From Octopus vulgaris (Eukaryota), in the NCBI GenBank assembly GCA_951406725.2, contig OX597836.1, forward strand, positions 15,252,001 through 15,316,000: a stretch of 64,000 nucleotides of DNA, read 5' to 3'. The notes below the pieces were generated by a model that saw nothing but the letters and a program-made list of their open reading frames with translations, searched no databases and was not told where the DNA came from. Shown here one piece after another: positions 23,708 through 38,308 of this stretch (positions are counted from its first letter, which is position 1; each line of letters starts with the position of its first letter). Made by a program: the position numbers and the translations under genes.

Positions 23708-25462
23708 ACGTATATATATATATTAGCTTAAAAGCCGCACACTGTGCGGGTTTTAAAGCTAGCTTCTGTGGAGGGCTAATTGGGCTTGTGGCTCGAAACT
23801 AAAGAGAGCTAAATAGCATGACTATAATGCATCTATAATGATTCTATGCCCTGGAGGTGTTTGATTAGAGGTTAAGGAGGTATGAGAATTAATTCTGTAA
23901 GGTAATCATTCTATTGTTCCAGTTCCAAGATGAATTCCAACTGTTGGCCAATTTGTCCCAAAGTTCTTATCTCATCGTAAAAGAAATGAAGTGAATGTCA
24001 TTTATCTTCCCCTTGATCTCTGACATCATCTGACAAACGCCAACCAAGATGGTGCGAATCAGCCAAGCCCTACCTGCTAGAAATAGCAACCCAAATGCTT
24101 TTAAGTCAGATCCCAATGCTGGATGTTCAAGAACCAAAATGAAAGGCAGATTTTCAATCTTGGGATCATCCTGATTCCAAAAAGGTATGATATGTCGATG
24201 TAGAGCAAATGTAGACTGAGATACTGGGGTCCCAGACAGACAGAATTTTGTTTTTATTAATATCTATGTATATATACACACACACACCTTTGTATCTGTG
24301 TTTGTCCCCCACCACTGCTTGACAACTGGTTTGGCAAAAGAGACCGATAAACCAAGTACCAGGCTTAACAAAGATAAGTACTGAGGTTGATCCATTCAAC
24401 TAAAAATTCTTCGAGGTGGTGCCCCAGCTTGGCCACAGTCTGATGACTGAAACAAGTAAAAAAAAAGATATATATGCACACACACACAATGGCCTTCCAC
24501 ACAGCTTCCATCTACCAAATCCACTCATAAAGCATTGGTCAGCCTGGGTCTCTGAAAGAAGACACTTATCTAAGAGGCTGTCCAGTGGGTTTGAACCCAG
24601 TGCCATATGGTTGCAAAGTGAGCTTCTTAACCGCACGGTCATGTCTGTGACTATTGTAGTAATTTATTTATACTTCTGTATTTCATATTTACAGAATGGT
24701 GAAAACAACAAAGGCAAAGAAGGAAGGAAGTTTCTACAAGTTCAGTACAAATAAATTAGAAACTGCTGACCTAAATATTTTCAATTTATACAAGAATTCA
24801 CAGCAGTTTGGTTAAGTTCCATTACTGTCATGATTAGTAAAGATATAACCTAGAATTCTCAGAACATCCTATACCCAAAACTATTCCAGTCCTGAATTCC
24901 ATTCCACATGGCATATGAACAGATCCAACTCATCTAGAAACATCCTCTCCCATTTACTAAATGTATGTTGAAGAAAGCCCACATCCTCACCAGATTCTTT
25001 GAATTCAAGATTGTACCCAGTTTGCTCCTCTCTATATTCTTCAAAACCCATCATATTTAATTCTTTTGAAAACTTTTACTTAAAAACACTGTTCATTCAT
25101 TCCTTTTTAGAATTGCATCTTTGGAAGAACTTCAACTTCTTATTAATGGTTCATTGCAACCTGTTTGCTTCTGTTATGTTCTACAATGGTCCCACAAGAA
25201 TTATTTTCTTTTTCTTCGTTTACCATTCTCTATGCTCAATGCACACACACACGCATATTTGTATGCATGCGTGCACATACACACACATGCACACAGAGTG
25301 AGAATATTAGCTAAACAGAGATTAAATGCTTGTGAGAGTTATTCAAACCACCCACAGTGGTGATACAGACAAAATGTTTGGTTTCCAGTAGAACTTTTTG
25401 TAGGATGGTATTCCAGTGAAGAGTTAGACTTTTCCTCTACTTTACATCCAATTTTTCTTTAA

Positions 25463-25681
25463 CTCTTTAGTATTTACACCGGCCATATCCGGCCGAAATA
25501 TTTAATCTGTTTTATGTTCAAACTGACCAGATCCAGGCTCTCACACCTACCTTACAATGTCATTCTACATTAAGTAATTACACCATCAAGATCTTGAAGA
25601 TATGACATAATGTATGATTAATTCAAATCAATGTGAATCAATAAGCATTATGTTTGATAGAATAATCTGAACGCTAAAGGG
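25463..25681 (+). mobile_element. piggyBac-type MITE, family F
   Basis: TTAA-flanked; matches 113-331. Confidence 0.85.
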
Positions 25682-25998
25682 TTAATAACTGTTTTGCAGA
25701 CAGGGTTGCATTGCAAGAAGTTTGCTTCCTGATCATGAGTTCAGTCCCACTGTGTGGCACCTTGGGCAACTACCTTCTACTCTATATTCTTGGGCTGACC
25801 AAAGCCTTGTGAGTGGATTTGGTAGACAGAAACTGAAAGAAGCCCATCATATACGAGGGGATGCTGAAATCTCAGAGCTACAAGGTGATGCATGATCAAT
25901 TTAAAACAATGTGAATAAATAAGTTTTGCATTTGACAGAGTTATCTGAATGCTAAAGGGTTAAATGTTAATAAGTGTTTTGTCAGAGCTTATTAGTAA

Positions 25999-26386
25999 TC
26001 TATATATATAAAGCTGAAGTTGTCTGTGTGTGTGTGTGTGGCAGGTTTGGTAGCCTTCAACTAACATTATCTCCTCCGAGACCCTGTGGCGCAAGTTGAC
26101 CAAAATTGAAAGTATGATAGAAGAAGGCTTGCTCTTCATTTCATAGAAGATAAAATTAAAATCGGACCATGTTAACACCAAAAGTTATTTATATCAAAAA
26201 GGTGCTTTTTTTTTATGAAAATCCCTATTTTTTTACGATACTTTGACTGCTGTGTCGGCATTTTTCGACAGAAAAATGTTCACTTAAAGAGAATAACAAG
26301 CTACATAATGCAAAATTTTTACTTTTCAAAAATTCCAATTCTAAAGGGTGGAAACAAACCAGAGCAACACCGGGCGATACTGATAG
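25999..26386 (+). mobile_element. Non-autonomous Helitron, family E2
   Basis: A|TC start, 3' end GAGCAACACCGGGCGATACTGATAG|T shared with E1; copies at 27915 and 40161. Confidence 0.85.
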
Positions 26387-26917
26387 TAGAGAATAAAAAT
26401 GTAGTGTCATGTGTAGTTTGGCATGATACGGAGGAAGAGAGTAAGTAGGCATTCAGAATTGAGCTCTGCATAAAAACAGTAGGCCCGAAAGATGCAGTGA
26501 TATCTTTGGGTAATTAGCAGAGAACTGGGACTTCAGACATGCAGGGGACAGTTCAGCAGTAAGAACAGTCATTAATTGAAGTTCATAAATTTCTCATGCA
26601 ACTGTTTATGGAAGTAGAGTTGCTTGAGTAAAGAAATAGGTGAAAGTTGTTTTGGGAAACCGTTACTGTTTCTGTTGTTGGCATTTAAAGCTTATGTATT
26701 TATATACTTTTTCCTGTGTTTGAAATACAGTGTTGGAAGCATTTGTAAGAAATTTAATACTGCATGTGAGTGAAACATAATTCCAGAATACAGATATGTG
26801 GGAAGAAATGAGTGGAGTTTGATCCATTGGATATGTATAATGTTCATTGGTATGAGAGAGGTGGGACACAAGCGAGGCACAAGATAATCTGATGATTAAC
26901 TCTTTTCTCTTTTTACT

Positions 26918-27132
26918 CTTTTACTTGTTTCAGTCATTTGACTGCGGCCATGCTGGAGCACCGCCTTTAGTCGAGCAAATTGCACCCCAGGACTTATTCT
27001 TTGTAAACCTAGTACTTATTCTATTGGTCTCTTTTGCCGAACCGCTAAGTTATGGGGACGTAAACACACCAGCATCGGTTGCCAAGCAATGTTGGTGGGG
27101 ACAAACACAGGCACACAAACATATACACACAC

Positions 27133-27208
<76 letters not shown>

Positions 27209-27378
27209 TTATACGATGGGCTTCTTTCAGTTTCCGTCTACCAAATCCACTCACAAGGCATTAGTCGGCCCGAAGCTATAGTTGAAGACACTTGCCCAAG
27301 GTGCCACGCAGTGGGAATGAACCCGGAACTATGTGGTTTGTAAGCAAGCTACTTACCACACAGCCACTCCTACACCTA
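26918..27378 (-). mobile_element. SINE family A
   Basis: Identity to other copies. Confidence 0.9.
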
Positions 27379-27502
27379 TTATTAACCCTTTAGCATTCAG
27401 ATTTCTCTGTCAAATGTAATGCTTATTTATTCACATTGTTTTGAATTGTTCATGTATTATCTCATAGCTTGAGATTTCAATGATGTGATTGTTTACTTTT
27501 AG

Positions 27503-27852
27503 AGTGTGGTTCTCAGCCAGGGTCTGTATGGCCCCTGAGGGTTCATATAACATTTTTAAGGGTCCACGCACTTAAATAGTAAATTGGGGATCCACAATAG
27601 TATTTTAAGGAGCCCTGATATAAGTTCGCTTTAGATGTATGTATTGATATATGTTGCAAGAAACAACTGGGTTTCTTTCTCTAACATTTTACATAGTTCA
27701 ACCTACACAAGTTAATGTGTGAAAAGTAAAATAGGAATTTTGAAAGGGGTTTCTATAAAACTAGTTTTTAAACATTGAATAGCTGTGGGGGTCCACTAGA
27801 ATAAAATAGCAATCAAAGGGGTCCATAGATAAAAAATGGTTGAGAACCCTTG
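27503..27852. mobile_element. hAT-type MITE, family J
   Basis: Homologous to 49536-49800; terminus GGTTGAGAACCCTTG; TSD not clear. Confidence 0.7.
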
Positions 27853-27914
27853 ATCTACGCCATAATGTCTAAAAACAACTATAAACAAAAAGGACAACAT
27901 TTATTATATCAGAA

Positions 27915-28306
27915 CTAGCAGTATCTTCCGGCGTTGCTCGGATTTGTTTCAACCCTTTAGAATTGGAATTTTTGAAAAGTAAAAATTTTGCATTATGTAG
28001 CTTGTTATTCTCTTTAAGTGAACATTTTTCTGGTTGAAATACACCGAAAAATGGTGACACAGCAGTAAAAAAATCGTAAAAAATAGGGATTTTCATTGAA
28101 AAAAAGCACCTTTTTGATGTAAATAATTTTTGGTGTTAGCATGGTCCGATTTGAATTTTTTCTTCTACGGAAGGAAGAGCAAGCCTTCTTCTATCATACT
28201 CTCAATTTTGGTCAACTTGCAGCACAGGGTCTCGGAGGAGATAGTGTTAGTTGAAGGCTACCAAACCTGCCATACACAGACAACTTCAGCTTTATATATA
28301 TAGAGA
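27915..28306 (-). mobile_element. Non-autonomous Helitron, family E2
   Basis: Reverse complement of 25999-26386 with intact CTAG end. Confidence 0.85.
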
Positions 28307-28789
28307 TGTAGTTGGTAGGTATAAGCATTTTCATAATTAGAGCACCAATGCATCATGATATTGTCCTAAATTCACAGATACTGAATACGTTTATTATAAG
28401 TAAACATAAACACGTTGGATGTGTTTGTAACAAATACTTATTTGGTGTGTCTGCAAATAAATAAACAAACACTGGTGAAACATAAACTACACTCGTACAC
28501 ACATATCACATATACTTTGTTGTTCGTGCTTATCTCCATGACAACATCAGCAACGGAGGCTTTCGATTGGCTAAAATTACACAACATTAAAGGCATGTTA
28601 ACTTGTTTATTATTAATTTCTAGAAAAAAATATTTAAGATGATTTTCATCATCAGCACGTACATCAAAGCTACACTTTTTAAAAATAATCTGGCGAAAAA
28701 ATTCGAAATACTTCAAATGGAAGAAATTTAACAATATTCTCCAAGGTATTGATAAAGGTGATATTTTTTCTTTTCTTTTTTTTTTTTTT

Positions 28790-28985
28790 TCTTTTACTTG
28801 TTTCAGTCATTTGACTGCGGCCATGCTGGAGCACCGCCTTTAGTCGAGCAAATCGACCCCGGGACTTATTCTTTGTAAGCCCAGTACTTATTCTATCGGC
28901 CTTCTTTTGCCGAACCGCTAAGTGACAGGGACGTAAACACACCAGCATCGGTTGTCAAGCAATGCTAGGGGACATACACAGACAT

Positions 28986-29044
<59 letters not shown>

Positions 29045-29208
29045 CGACAGGCTTCTTTCAGTTTCCGTCTACCAAATCCACTCACAAGGCTTTGGTCGGC
29101 CCGGGGCTATAGCAGAAGACACTTGCCCAAGATGCCATGCAGTGGGACTGAACCCGGAACCATGTGGTTGGTTAGCAAGCTACTTACCACACAGCCACTC
29201 CTGCACCT
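28790..29208 (-). mobile_element. SINE family A
   Basis: Identity to other copies. Confidence 0.9.
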
Positions 29209-29344
29209 ATGGTCATGACTGATATATTTTTGATCATAGGGTCTGTTCAATTAGGGCTGACCTGGGACTAAGTGGCATGTGTTCAATTTGCTAGAAATAG
29301 CAACAAAGCCTCAAATCAAACTGTGCTGCTTTAAATCTTGAGAC

Positions 29345-29660
29345 AGTATTCACCCGGGGTGGGTAGAGCTGGCTTCATTCATCCTCAATGCTGCATCTCT
29401 CACAAACGCCAACCAGACCTGGCTATTTGAGGCTAACGACCGTGTGATCTCCAACCACTCCTTATTCCAGCGGCGAATGCCGTAGATATGGGGGACCTAG
29501 GTTGGGTTCCAGATCAGTCTTGACTGTCATCAGCCAGGTTTTTTGTTGTCCCCCACATCGTTTTCGCCAACCCTGAAGGGAAGCTGGGGCAATTGCTTCG
29601 TAGATGAATTCTCCTGGTTGACGACGGAGGGCATGACCCAGCTAACGCAGACGTCTCATT
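29345..29660 (-). mobile_element. RTE-clade LINE 3' end, decayed
   Basis: Minus translation RRQPGEFIYEAIAP..GWRKRCGGQQKTWLMTVKTDLEP, then after a frameshift YGIRRWNKEWLEITRSLAS..WLAFVRDA. Confidence 0.7.
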
Positions 29661-29755
29661 AGGATGACTTGTAGGAGGGAGGTCATTTAAATAAACTTGG
29701 AGAATGTATTGGGATAATGTAAATCTGCAGATGGCCCTAGCTGAAACACCATTAA

Positions 29756-29977
29756 CTCTTTAGCATTTTAAACAGGCCTTATCCAGCCCAAATATTCTAC
29801 CTGTTTTATGTTCAAACCAGCCAAATCCAGCCTCTCACACCTATCCTACAATGTCATTCTAAAAATATGTATTTACATCATCAAAATCTCAGAATTATAA
29901 GGAAAATGCATGATTAATTAAAAGCAGTGTGATTAAATAAGCATTACATCTGATAAAGTAACCCGAATACTAAAGGG
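29756..29977 (+). mobile_element. piggyBac-type MITE, family F, diverged
   Basis: TTAA-flanked, similar to 113-331. Confidence 0.75.
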
Positions 29978-30659
29978 TTAATGATAGCTCATAAACCTGG
30001 ATAGTCCTCTCGGATCTTTTTAAAATATTTCCCTGTCTTTTGAATTCTTTCAAATTTTCCTCAGATATTTTGTTTTCAAATATTGTTATGATTTTAAATG
30101 CCCGTGCCTTTTTCATCATCAGTGTGCAAAAAAAAAAAAGTCAGTGTAGAAAATTTGAAAGGCATGGTTGTGTGGCAAGAAGCTTGCTTCCCAATCACAC
30201 GGTTCCAAGTTCAGTTTCACTGCATGGTATCTTGGATAAGTGTCTTTTACCATGGCCCCAAGCCAACCAATTCCTTGTGGGTGGATTTGAAAGAAACTGA
30301 AACAAGTTCATTATGTGTATAATGTAGTCATTAGTTATGGTTGGTCAAAAAGTTACCATTGGTTTCACGTCTATTATGCTATCAGCAATAAAGGCAACTC
30401 ATCAGACCTGCTGGCTGAAGGCACACAAATTCTACTAATTGTGGAATACAATCTTGGTCAGTCAGTGTTGTGAAAAAAATCTGAAATAAAATTCTTTGAA
30501 TGAAACCCCTTTGACTGGCTTCAGTTGTGTCTAAAAAGAGTCAATTTTATGTACGATTTCCATTCACTAGTCAGCAGGCAGGGAATTCCATGTCTCCAAC
30601 ATAAAATTTCTCTTGTGAAGGCACTGACAAAACATCTCACTTTTGGAATTTATATATCC

Positions 30660-31045
30660 TTTTCTACACTAGTCAATTAGATCGCCTTCAGTATGTAACT
30701 GGTACTTAATTTATCGACCCTGAAAAGATGAAAGGCAAAGTTGACCTTGGTGGAATTTGAACTCAGAATGTAAAGACAGACAAAATACCGCTGAGCATTG
30801 CACCCGGCATGCAAACGTTTCTACCAGCGCTCTACCTTTTGGAATTTATATATCATCATCATCATCATCATCATCCTTAACATCTGTATTCCATGCTGGC
30901 ATGGGTTGAACAGTTTTACCAGAGCTTGGAAGCTGCAGTCGGTTCCAGTTTGATTTGGATTGATTTCTACAGCTGGACGCCCTTCCTAATGCCAACCACT
31001 TTATAGTGTGTGCTGGACACTTTTTACATGGCACTGGCACAGGAC
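30660..31045 (-). mobile_element. Decayed family B SINE (30660-30835) adjacent to family C fragment (30853-31045)
   Basis: GGTACTTAATTTATCGACCC..GATGAAAGGCAAAG; (CAT)n then GCCCTTCCTAATGCCAACC. Confidence 0.7.
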
Positions 31046-34000
31046 TCTTTCTGGCCAATGCTCCTTACCAGGGGATGTGGCCTTAACATAAATATGCACA
31101 CACACACACACACTTGTATGTATTTATGTTTGTAATCTGTTTAAGTTTGTTCTGCTCCACTGCTTGACAACTGATGTTGGTTTGTTTTTGTCTCCATAGC
31201 TTAGCAGTTTGGCAAAAGAGACTGACAGAATAAGTATCAAACTTTAAAATAAGTCCTGGCATTAATTTGTTTGACTAAACCCTTCAAGGGGGTACCCCAG
31301 CACGGCTGCGGTCCAATGACTGAAACAAGTAAATGATAAAAAATAAAAAATAATTCCTGTGCCCGGAAGAATTTTAAAAAGATTTCTTCCTCTAAAGTGA
31401 AATCCCCTGTTGAAACCATTTAATTTTATCGAAGAGACCCCCTAAAATACATTATTTCCGGAAAAGCTATTAGTTCCAGAAAAGCTATTATTTCACTTCA
31501 TTTATTTATGCCTCATTTAATGTGTGCTTTTGAGGAAAGTCTTGTCACATCCGAGTTTTCTTTTGTCTACAAATAGACAGAACAGAAGCTTTGGTGTTTG
31601 GCCTTATGAATTGTTGAAGCAGATTTTGTAGTCACTAAGTTCTTTAAATACCACAGAGAATGTCTGTGTATATCTTTAGTTTTTCCCTGAGAAATGTGAC
31701 TGATAAAAATAATAATGATGAAAGAGGTGGTGGCGATGTGAGACTGCTGTATTATTGTTGCCAGGGACACACATTTAGTTTTCCATTTGCTATGAAGGTT
31801 AGGTCTCTTGTGGGAAAACTGAATCACGTGACTGTCGTTGACCTTAGGGAAAGGTCATTTGAAGTCATTACTATAGGACTGCTGTATAATTAATTATTCC
31901 TCACTTTAACTAGCTTTTCCCCTCCCTAGCACCCCTTCCCTGGATCTCTACAAGATCAGCATTAACTGTTCAGGGAGATGGTATGGTTGGGCTGTGAGTT
32001 CCACTTCAGAACTATCTAGGCCACCATCAATAAATATATATGGCATTCCTATAAAATTGAGTCTGAAATTATCTCATGCACCAAGATCTATAATTCTTTT
32101 GGATCTCACTTGTCAGCAAAAATTGAGTTTTGCCCTCCTTTTAAAACAGCATTCTGTGTATCTATACTTATTGTCTTATTGTATACACACTGCTGATAAG
32201 CCAGTTGCTGCAGTACTTGTGGTTAGATAACATCTATGAATTTACTGTGTTAGAACAATAAATATTAGGGATAGACAAAAATTTGTCCCAGCTGCTGACA
32301 GTAAGAATGCTGGATGCATTTTGCTCCTTTTGGGTCTTTTCAAAGATGTGTACTCATAACCAGTTGCATGATCAGATGTGAATTCATCGCTTTTGATATA
32401 GGAAGACAGGGATAAAACATTCACTGATGTTGCAAAAAGCTGCCCAGCTGATTAAAAATCTGGTTGGTATAAGCAACTGAAGCATTGGCACCTTGGGCAA
32501 GTTCTTTCTACAATAACCTTGGACCAACTAAAACCTTGTGAGTGGATTTGGTTGACAGAAACTGAAAGAAGCCCATTAAAAAATATATATATGATGATGG
32601 CTGACCACTTGTGATTAAGAAGACCATCACTGACCATTGTCCATGTAAAATGCCTGCAAAGTCCATGCCCAGGGTTAATGCAACAGCAGTCAGCTTCATT
32701 CGAGTTCATATCTGTGGTCTTCATGCTCATCATGGTGACCTCTTTGACTATGTTTCAGTTGCCTTGCCAGTGATTTCACAACCCAGGTCCAATAAAGGCT
32801 TGCCCAACACCACACAGACCCTCTCCACCCTACTGACATAACCCAGAGACAAGCCAAAGCTTGATATCCAGTGCCAATTTGGGTCACAGTCAGGAATGTG
32901 GGAGTGTCGTGATCTTAAGTGCAAGCAAAAGATCCCCTATATGTTCAATGTTATTCCCTGCATATCTGGTTTTATGTCAGAATGATCTTAACGAAAGCTA
33001 AGGGATGCCTCAGTGGTCTTCCACCATGCTGGACACCAACATGGAATTTCTGAGGGACTGTGCTATTGCTAGGAAGTTGTTAAGCCTACACTAGGTTCTT
33101 TTGTCCTTTTGACAGGTCTTGTTTGTAGTTCTGCTGGATTTCTAGCAACCCTCTTACCATGCAAGCCTAGTGGGGATGCTTGTTTAGATGCCAGTGACCC
33201 GACCCCACAACAGGTTGTACTGGATTCCATGTTACCCGTAGCACTCATGAGAGACCTCACAAGTGACCTGACACACACACACACAAAATGTGTTTGTGTC
33301 TGTCCCCCATCACTGCTTGACAACTGGTATTAGTGTGTTTATGTCTCCGTAACATAGCAGTTTAGCAAAAAGAGACTGATGGAATAAGTACCAGGCTTGA
33401 AATAAAAGTACTTGGGCCAATTCATTTGACCAAAATTCTTCCAGGCAGTGCCCTAGCATGGCCATTGTCTAATGTCTGAAAGAAATATGTATGTGAGAGA
33501 GAGAGAGAGAAAGAGAGAAAAACTAGGATTCAAAACATGAGCTTATATAAGTCTCATGCACTTGTATATAGTCAAATACATCTTTCATCAACTTACTTCG
33601 GTAATTTGGTTCCAGGATGTGCGACTGAAGTCGAAAAACGTAACAGGAGAAAAAAAATCAAAGCAAATTATTCTCTCATTTGTTTTAATAAATGGTTTGT
33701 ACAGATGGTAGAGTTTTGGTTTAAGTACACCATATAACCCCTCATAACTTTTACATTTTGGAATGTCGGGAAATTTTTGCGAGTTATGTAATACACATGG
33801 GAATTCATACACTTAGGCAAAAAAGAATTTTTTTTTCGTCTTTTACTGTTCCTCCCTACAAATCCCCAAATATCAACACTTTTTCAAAATTTTTTTTTAA
33901 GGTGTGTGGTTTAAGGGAGATTTAGCTGTTTTTAGCACATCCCACGACCACCTGGTGGTGTCCTTGTTTCTTTGTCACACTGACATTTATTGATGTCTTT

Positions 34001-34426
34001 CAATATTTTTCTCTCAATTAATGGAACGATGATGCACCCGAGGGTGGTCCATTGCTGGGATATAAGCAAAAAAAAAAATTTTTTTAATTAAAAACACTTT
34101 TTCTAATTTAAATTATTGCCTTTATATATATATATACAAGTTGAAGTGCCATGAACGAAACTTTTGGCCCTTGAGTCACTTTTTAATAATTATTCATTAA
34201 AAATAAAGTGTGTCTAAGCAATGGAAAAATAGCCAGCATTTACATCCATTTTTACTTCAGTCTGGAAGTGTTTGTGTGGGAGGGGAGAACAATACCTGTA
34301 ACCTTTGCCCTCTGAGACTGCTGAGAGGTTGATGTCTTTTGTGTTTCATTTAAACTATTACAGGTCAACACCTGCAGGAATGATATATGTACAAGTATCT
34401 ACCTGTGTGTAATAATGCATGTATAA

Positions 34427-34580
34427 GTATGTGTGTGTCTATGGACATGTATATATGCATATATCAGTATGTGTGTGTCTATGGACATGTATATATGCAT
34501 ATATCAGTATGTGTGTGTCTATGGACATGTATATATGCATATATCAGTATGTGTATGTCTATGGACGTGTATATATGCAT
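34427..34580. repeat. 40-bp minisatellite, ~4 copies
   Basis: GTATGTGTGTGTCTATGGACATGTATATATGCATATATCA repeated. Confidence 0.9.
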
Positions 34581-35104
34581 GTGTATATCTGTGTGTATTT
34601 GCATGTATATATATATACGATGGTTTCTTAGGCATGTTCATGCCTTGTCAGGATTTAAACAGAAAAAAAAAAAGGCACAGCCACTTTGATTAATGAGGTC
34701 AAAAGTTAAATGTGGTTCAACAACAGAATTTTCTATTTTTGCCTAGGAGATATCTATTTATAAATATACCACTGCCATGTGTTTTGTCTATGTGATATCC
34801 AACCTTATGTGCTCTCCAAAATGGGTTTCTTTTTTTGTCATTCTCCCTTGAACTTTCATGCCCCATTATTTTTTTACACACACACACTCACACACACACA
34901 CACACAGCCCCTTCTATTTTTCTTCTCCTGCCATCTTAGTCACAAAAAGAATTTTTTTTTTCCCCCCCACTATATTTAACCCTGAAAAATATTCCAGCAA
35001 CAATGTGTGTAACAACAGGCTACCTACCTAAGTGCTGGCCTGCCTCCTAACCCGCCTTAACTTTCTTTCTCCACCCCAAGTCAATAGCTTGGTAAAGTGG
35101 GTAG

Positions 35105-35141
<37 letters not shown>

Positions 35142-35274
35142 CTTATGTATGCCTGGATGCAGGCAGACAGGCAAACGGGTAGGTATGTGGGGTATACACC
35201 ATATTCCTCAATATATCTTGTTCTGTTTACATTGGTTGTTATTGTTGTAGAAGTAATGGTATCAGTAGCAGTGA

Positions 35275-35305
<31 letters not shown>

Positions 35306-36289
35306 GGTGGTTGCTGTTGTGTGGGGTATTGTTCTAGTAATGTGGATGTTGTAGTTGTTAGTAATAGAGGTTCTGTTTGTGATGATAGTATAGGTTATTG
35401 TTCTGGTTGTGGTGGAAGCAGTAGTAGAAATAGAGGTTATTGTTGTGTAGTAGTGGTTATCGACCTGGTAATCATGGTGGCTCTTGAAGGGATTAGTCAA
35501 ACAAATCAACCCCCAATGCTTTTTTTTTTTATTTCTTAAAGCCTAGTACATATTGTATCAGTCTTTTGCTGAGCTGCTAAGTCACAGAGACATAAACAAA
35601 CCAACACCAGTTGTCAAACAATAGTGAGAAACTAGCTCAGATCTGTCTATCTATCTACCTCTCTATTTATACACACACACACACGAAAGGCTTCTTTCAG
35701 TTTTTGTCTAACAAATCCACTCACAAGGCTTTTGTCAATCCAGAGCTGCAGTAGAAGATACTACACCATGGGAGAAGATACTTACCTAAGAAAAGATACT
35801 TATCTTAAGTAAGTATCTTCTCCCACAGTGTAGTATCTTATCTAAGTTACTACCCCGTGGGACTGAACCTGGAACCATGTGGTTCAGAAGCAAATTTATT
35901 TCCACACAGCCACACTTGCATCTACCACATAGTCAAAATATCTTGTAATAGTTCTTAGTTTTCACAAACAATGAAAGCATTGTGCTTTCAATAATGAAAA
36001 CATTAACTTAAATAATAATATTGTGGCGTTTCACTTTCCAAGAGCTTTTAAAAATGTGCTGTCGTTTCAGTTTATTTACAGATGAAAATGTAAACGAAAT
36101 CTATTTATATTTTGTAAATTGTAAATTTTATAAGTAAACCCTGCTGTGTGTGTGTGTGTGTGTGTGTGTGTAGTAGGTACAGTTATGTCTGTGTGGTTGC
36201 TTCCCAACCACATGGTTTTAGGTTCAGTTCCACTGCATGACACCTTATGAGAGGGTTTGGAAGAAGCCCATCATGTATACATGCATGTA

Positions 36290-36339
<50 letters not shown>

Positions 36340-36346
<7 letters not shown>

Positions 36347-36539
36347 ACCACGTGTGTACCGTTGGCGATTTTTTTATCCTCCGTCTTCCCTTCTTTGGAT
36401 CTTTCCTTTTCCTATGTTTCCGACAAAGAGCTCTGCTCGAAACGTTAAACCCTCCTTCTTTCCTGAGCGTCCAATAACACTATGCTTGTTCCACGTCCTC
36501 GCGTTGTTGTGTTTTCTCTTTGTGTTTTCATGTTTGGAT

Positions 36540-36545
<6 letters not shown>
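36340..36545 (+). mobile_element. Penelope-like pLTR fragment with degenerate hammerhead (36416-36450)
   Basis: GTTT-CCGACAAA-GAGC(tct)GCTC-GAAAC-GTT-AAAC; flanked by (TA)n on both sides; related to 38309-38445. Confidence 0.55.
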
Positions 36546-36601
<56 letters not shown>

Positions 36602-36895
36602 TACAACAGGTTTCTTCCAGTTTCTGCCTACCAAATCCACTCACAAGGCTTTGGTCGGCCTGAGGCTATAGTAGAAGACACTTGCCCAAGGTGTCACACA
36701 GTGGGGCTGAACCAGGAACCTTGTGGTTGGTAAGCAAGCTACTTACCACACAACCACTCCTGCACCATATATATATAGTTTTTTTTTAATCCAGGTAAAA
36801 AAGTCACAGGGGTTTTGTCCGGATCCCATAAATTAACTATCACTTTATTACTGTAACTCTTTTTTTACTGTGACTTTATTACCGGTCACCTATTT

Positions 36896-37259
36896 TTATT
36901 TTACTTGTTTCAGTCATTAAACTATGGCCATGCTGGGGCACTGCTTTGAAGGATTTTAATTGAATGAATCAACCCCAGGGCTTATTTTATTTTTTGAGCC
37001 TGGTACATATTCCATCGAACTCTCTTTGCCGAACTGCTAAGTTATGGGGAGATAAACACACCAACACTAGTTGTCAAGTAGTAGTGGGACACACACACAC
37101 TCATGATGGGCTTCTTTCAGTTTCTGTCTGCCAAATCTACTCACAAGGCTTTGGTCAGCTCAAGGCTATAGTAGAAGACACTTGCCCAAAGGGCCGTGCA
37201 GTGGGACTGAACCGGGAACTATGAGGTTAGGAAGCAAACTTCTTACCACACAGCCATAC

Positions 37260-37267
<8 letters not shown>
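36896..37267 (-). mobile_element. SINE family A, older diverged copy
   Basis: Colinear with family A; more decayed copies at ~4730, 17340, 24290, 25700, 31130, 33290, 35500, 36600, 38115, 40790, 43150, 45860, 47460. Confidence 0.8.
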
Positions 37268-37294
<27 letters not shown>

Positions 37295-38308
37295 CATGTC
37301 TACATGCATATGTGTGTGTGTGTGTGTGTCTCAGTTGTAACTCAGAAACAGAAGCCAAATTTTACTAAAGTCATGCCCTGTGGCCTGAGAAAGTGAAGGA
37401 CATAAAGCTATGGTCCTGAAATATACTCATGTACAATGTCTGAAATTCCGACAGATGGTCATGGATGGAATGCTAGTGAACATTGATCTACTCAGTTGTG
37501 ACTAAACAAGGGATGTTAACCTCTCAAAGTTTTAAAAAGCAATTAGGCAAATATTGTGAGGTCGGTGCCCCAGCCTGGTCTTCATTCTAATGGTTAAAAC
37601 AAAGCGAAAACATAAAGGCTGTCATTTCCATTCATCTGCTTTAATATATTATTCTGTACTGTCAAGGGCAGAGGTGGTGGTTGTGGTGATGGCAGTGCTG
37701 GTGGTAGTGGTGGTTATGGTGGTGGTGGTGGTGGAGCTCAATATTCAACAGCTGGTGACTATATAAAGTACATTATATATATATATATATATACACTGCA
37801 GTACTGTTAAATACATCCTGGATATTATACATGCTGTGCACATTTAATTCTTGACTACATTAAGGACAAAGTGGAACTGTGTTTAGTGTACCACCACTAA
37901 CACCAACGCCACCACTAACATCACTGTTGCCAACAGCATCACCAACTACACTAATACCACCAACACCACCACCGTGGCTATAGTAGAAGACTCTTGTCCA
38001 AGGCATTGCACTGTGGGACTGAACCTGAAACCACTCAATTGAAAAGCAAACTTCTTAACCACTCAGCCATTCCTGTGCTTATTTTATATATATATATATA
38101 TATATGTACATATAGGCACAGGTGTGGCTGTGTGGTAAGAAGCTTGCTTCCCAACCACATGGTTCTGGGTTCGGTCCCACTGCATGGCACCTTGGGCTGG
38201 CCAAAACCTTGAGTGGATTTGGTAGATGGAAACTGAAAGAAACCCATTGTGTGTGGTGTGTGTTTGTGTGTCTCTCTTTGTCCCTCTCTCTCTCTCTCTC
38301 TCTCTCTC

